In this document: in pieces, positions 26,386-27,199 of the stretch
How positions within the stretch are numbered: position 1 is the first letter of the stretch
Layout of the letters: each line of letters starts with the position of its first letter
Virus record (IMG/VR): IMGVR_UViG_3300036783_000142
Location: 1-27,199 of that record
Reading direction: 5' to 3' (one strand)
Source: a virus
Lineage: Duplodnaviria > Caudoviricetes
Length of the DNA stretch: 27,199 nt
Notes under the pieces: model-generated
What the model saw: only the letters and a program-made list of their open reading frames with translations
What the model was told of the DNA's origin: nothing
Database searches by the model: none
Position numbers and translations under genes: made by a program

Positions 26386-26752
26386 CTTTTTATCCTTGCT
26401 CAAAGGTGGATCGCTTCTGATTAAACCGTGCTGCGCAGCGGGTTCTGTTTATTCGCTATAAGATATTGAATCATTGATACCGTCAATACAGGCAGTGAGG
26501 GAGTGCATAGTCTCTTTAGCAACGGTCCGGCTAGCAGCACAATAATCGCCTCGCTAAAGCACATGCGGATGTCAGTCAGCGGAGAGCAGAAGACGGGTAT
26601 GAAGAAGCGCTTAGCGTTGCCGCCAGTGGTGTTTTTGCCGTTGAACTCCACTCTATTTACCGTGCCGAGGCTAACGTGAATATTTGCGGTCTATGGCGAA
26701 TAAAATCTCCGGAGATTAAACCTGATTACAACCCTTTCTTTATGGAAGAATA

Positions 26753-26783
26753 AACCCGCAATCAGTGCTGAAGATTGCGGGTT
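26753..26783 (-). terminator. Stem-loop, probable terminator of aldB
   Basis: AACCCGCAATC / GATTGCGGGTT 11-bp stem about 20 nt downstream of the aldB stop. Confidence 0.7.
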
Positions 26784-26804
26784 ATCCGGAATAAAAACTC
26801 TCGG

Positions 26805-27199
26805 TCAGAACAGACCCAGCGGCGCGGTACTGTAGCTCACCAGCAGGTTTTTCGTCTGCTGATAGGCGTTAAGCGCCATCTTATGCGTTTCACGCCCGAC
26901 TCCGGACTGTTTGTAACCACCAAATGCAGCGTGCGCAGGGTAGATGTGATAGCAGTTGGTCCACACCCGACCGGCCTTAATACCACGCCCCATGCGATAA
27001 GCCAGATTGGTGTCCCTCGTCCATACCCCTGCCCCAAGGCCAAACTGAGTCTGGTTAGCAATAGACAGCGCTTCTGCTTCATCTTTGAAGGTGGTGACGC
27101 CGATAACCGGGCCAAAGATCTCCTCCTGGAAACTGCGCATATCGTTGCGGCCTTGAATCAGCGTCGGCTGAATATAGAAACCGTTATCCAGTTCAGCAG
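26805..27199 (-). CDS. aldB: Aldehyde dehydrogenase, C-terminal part (host gene, truncated by window edge)
   Basis: [37 protein letters not shown] and NLLVSYS..PLGLF C-terminus characteristic of AldB. Confidence 0.9.
   Translation of the reverse strand, partial: AELDNGFYIQPTLIQGRNDMRSFQEEIFGPVIGVTTFKDEAEALSIANQTQFGLGAGVWTRDTNLAYRMGRGIKAGRVWTNCYHIYPAHAAFGGYKQSGVGRETHKMALNAYQQTKNLLVSYSTAPLGLF

Noticed and set aside
26200-26403. 67 aa ORF as a complete small protein
   Set aside because: It is a chimera of the interrupted host gene and the phage end sequence.
26421-26651. 76 aa minus-strand ORF between the truncated host gene and aldB
   Set aside because: No recognisable motif or clear RBS; probably intergenic.
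26704-26717. Perfect 14-bp palindrome AATCTCCGGAGATT
   Set aside because: Single occurrence with no supporting context; could be a host operator but cannot be supported.

Overview
Most of the window (about 206-26240) is the late (lysis, head, tail) half and right end of a transposable Mu-like prophage. It has a non-contractile tail and a gene order and protein motifs resembling Pseudomonas phage B3/D3112-type siphoviruses, in an enterobacterial host. Gene order: holin, lytic transglycosylase, Rz/Rz1 spanins, Mu gp25/26/27-like genes, TerL, portal, MuF with a C-terminal extension, gpG, protease/scaffold, decoration protein, capsid, neck, tail tube, frameshifted tail chaperone, tape measure and tail tip genes. 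A lower-GC terminal module follows, made of a SECOND tail-tube paralog, an SGNH-esterase fibre/spike and a partner protein. The prophage ends in ...CATCA at 26240 with tandem 12-bp repeats and interrupts a host periplasmic binding protein/cyclohexadienyl dehydratase-like gene; the 3' end of host aldB closes the window. An IS256-family element is inserted at the left edge, just upstream of the lysis promoter. The most notable observation is the duplicated tail tube gene carrying a C-terminal YNG..FDG peptide, placed directly ahead of a fibre with a myovirus-style N-terminal anchor; this is a candidate mechanism for mounting an enzymatic side fibre on a siphovirus tail. All family assignments come from motif recognition by eye; no database searches were run.
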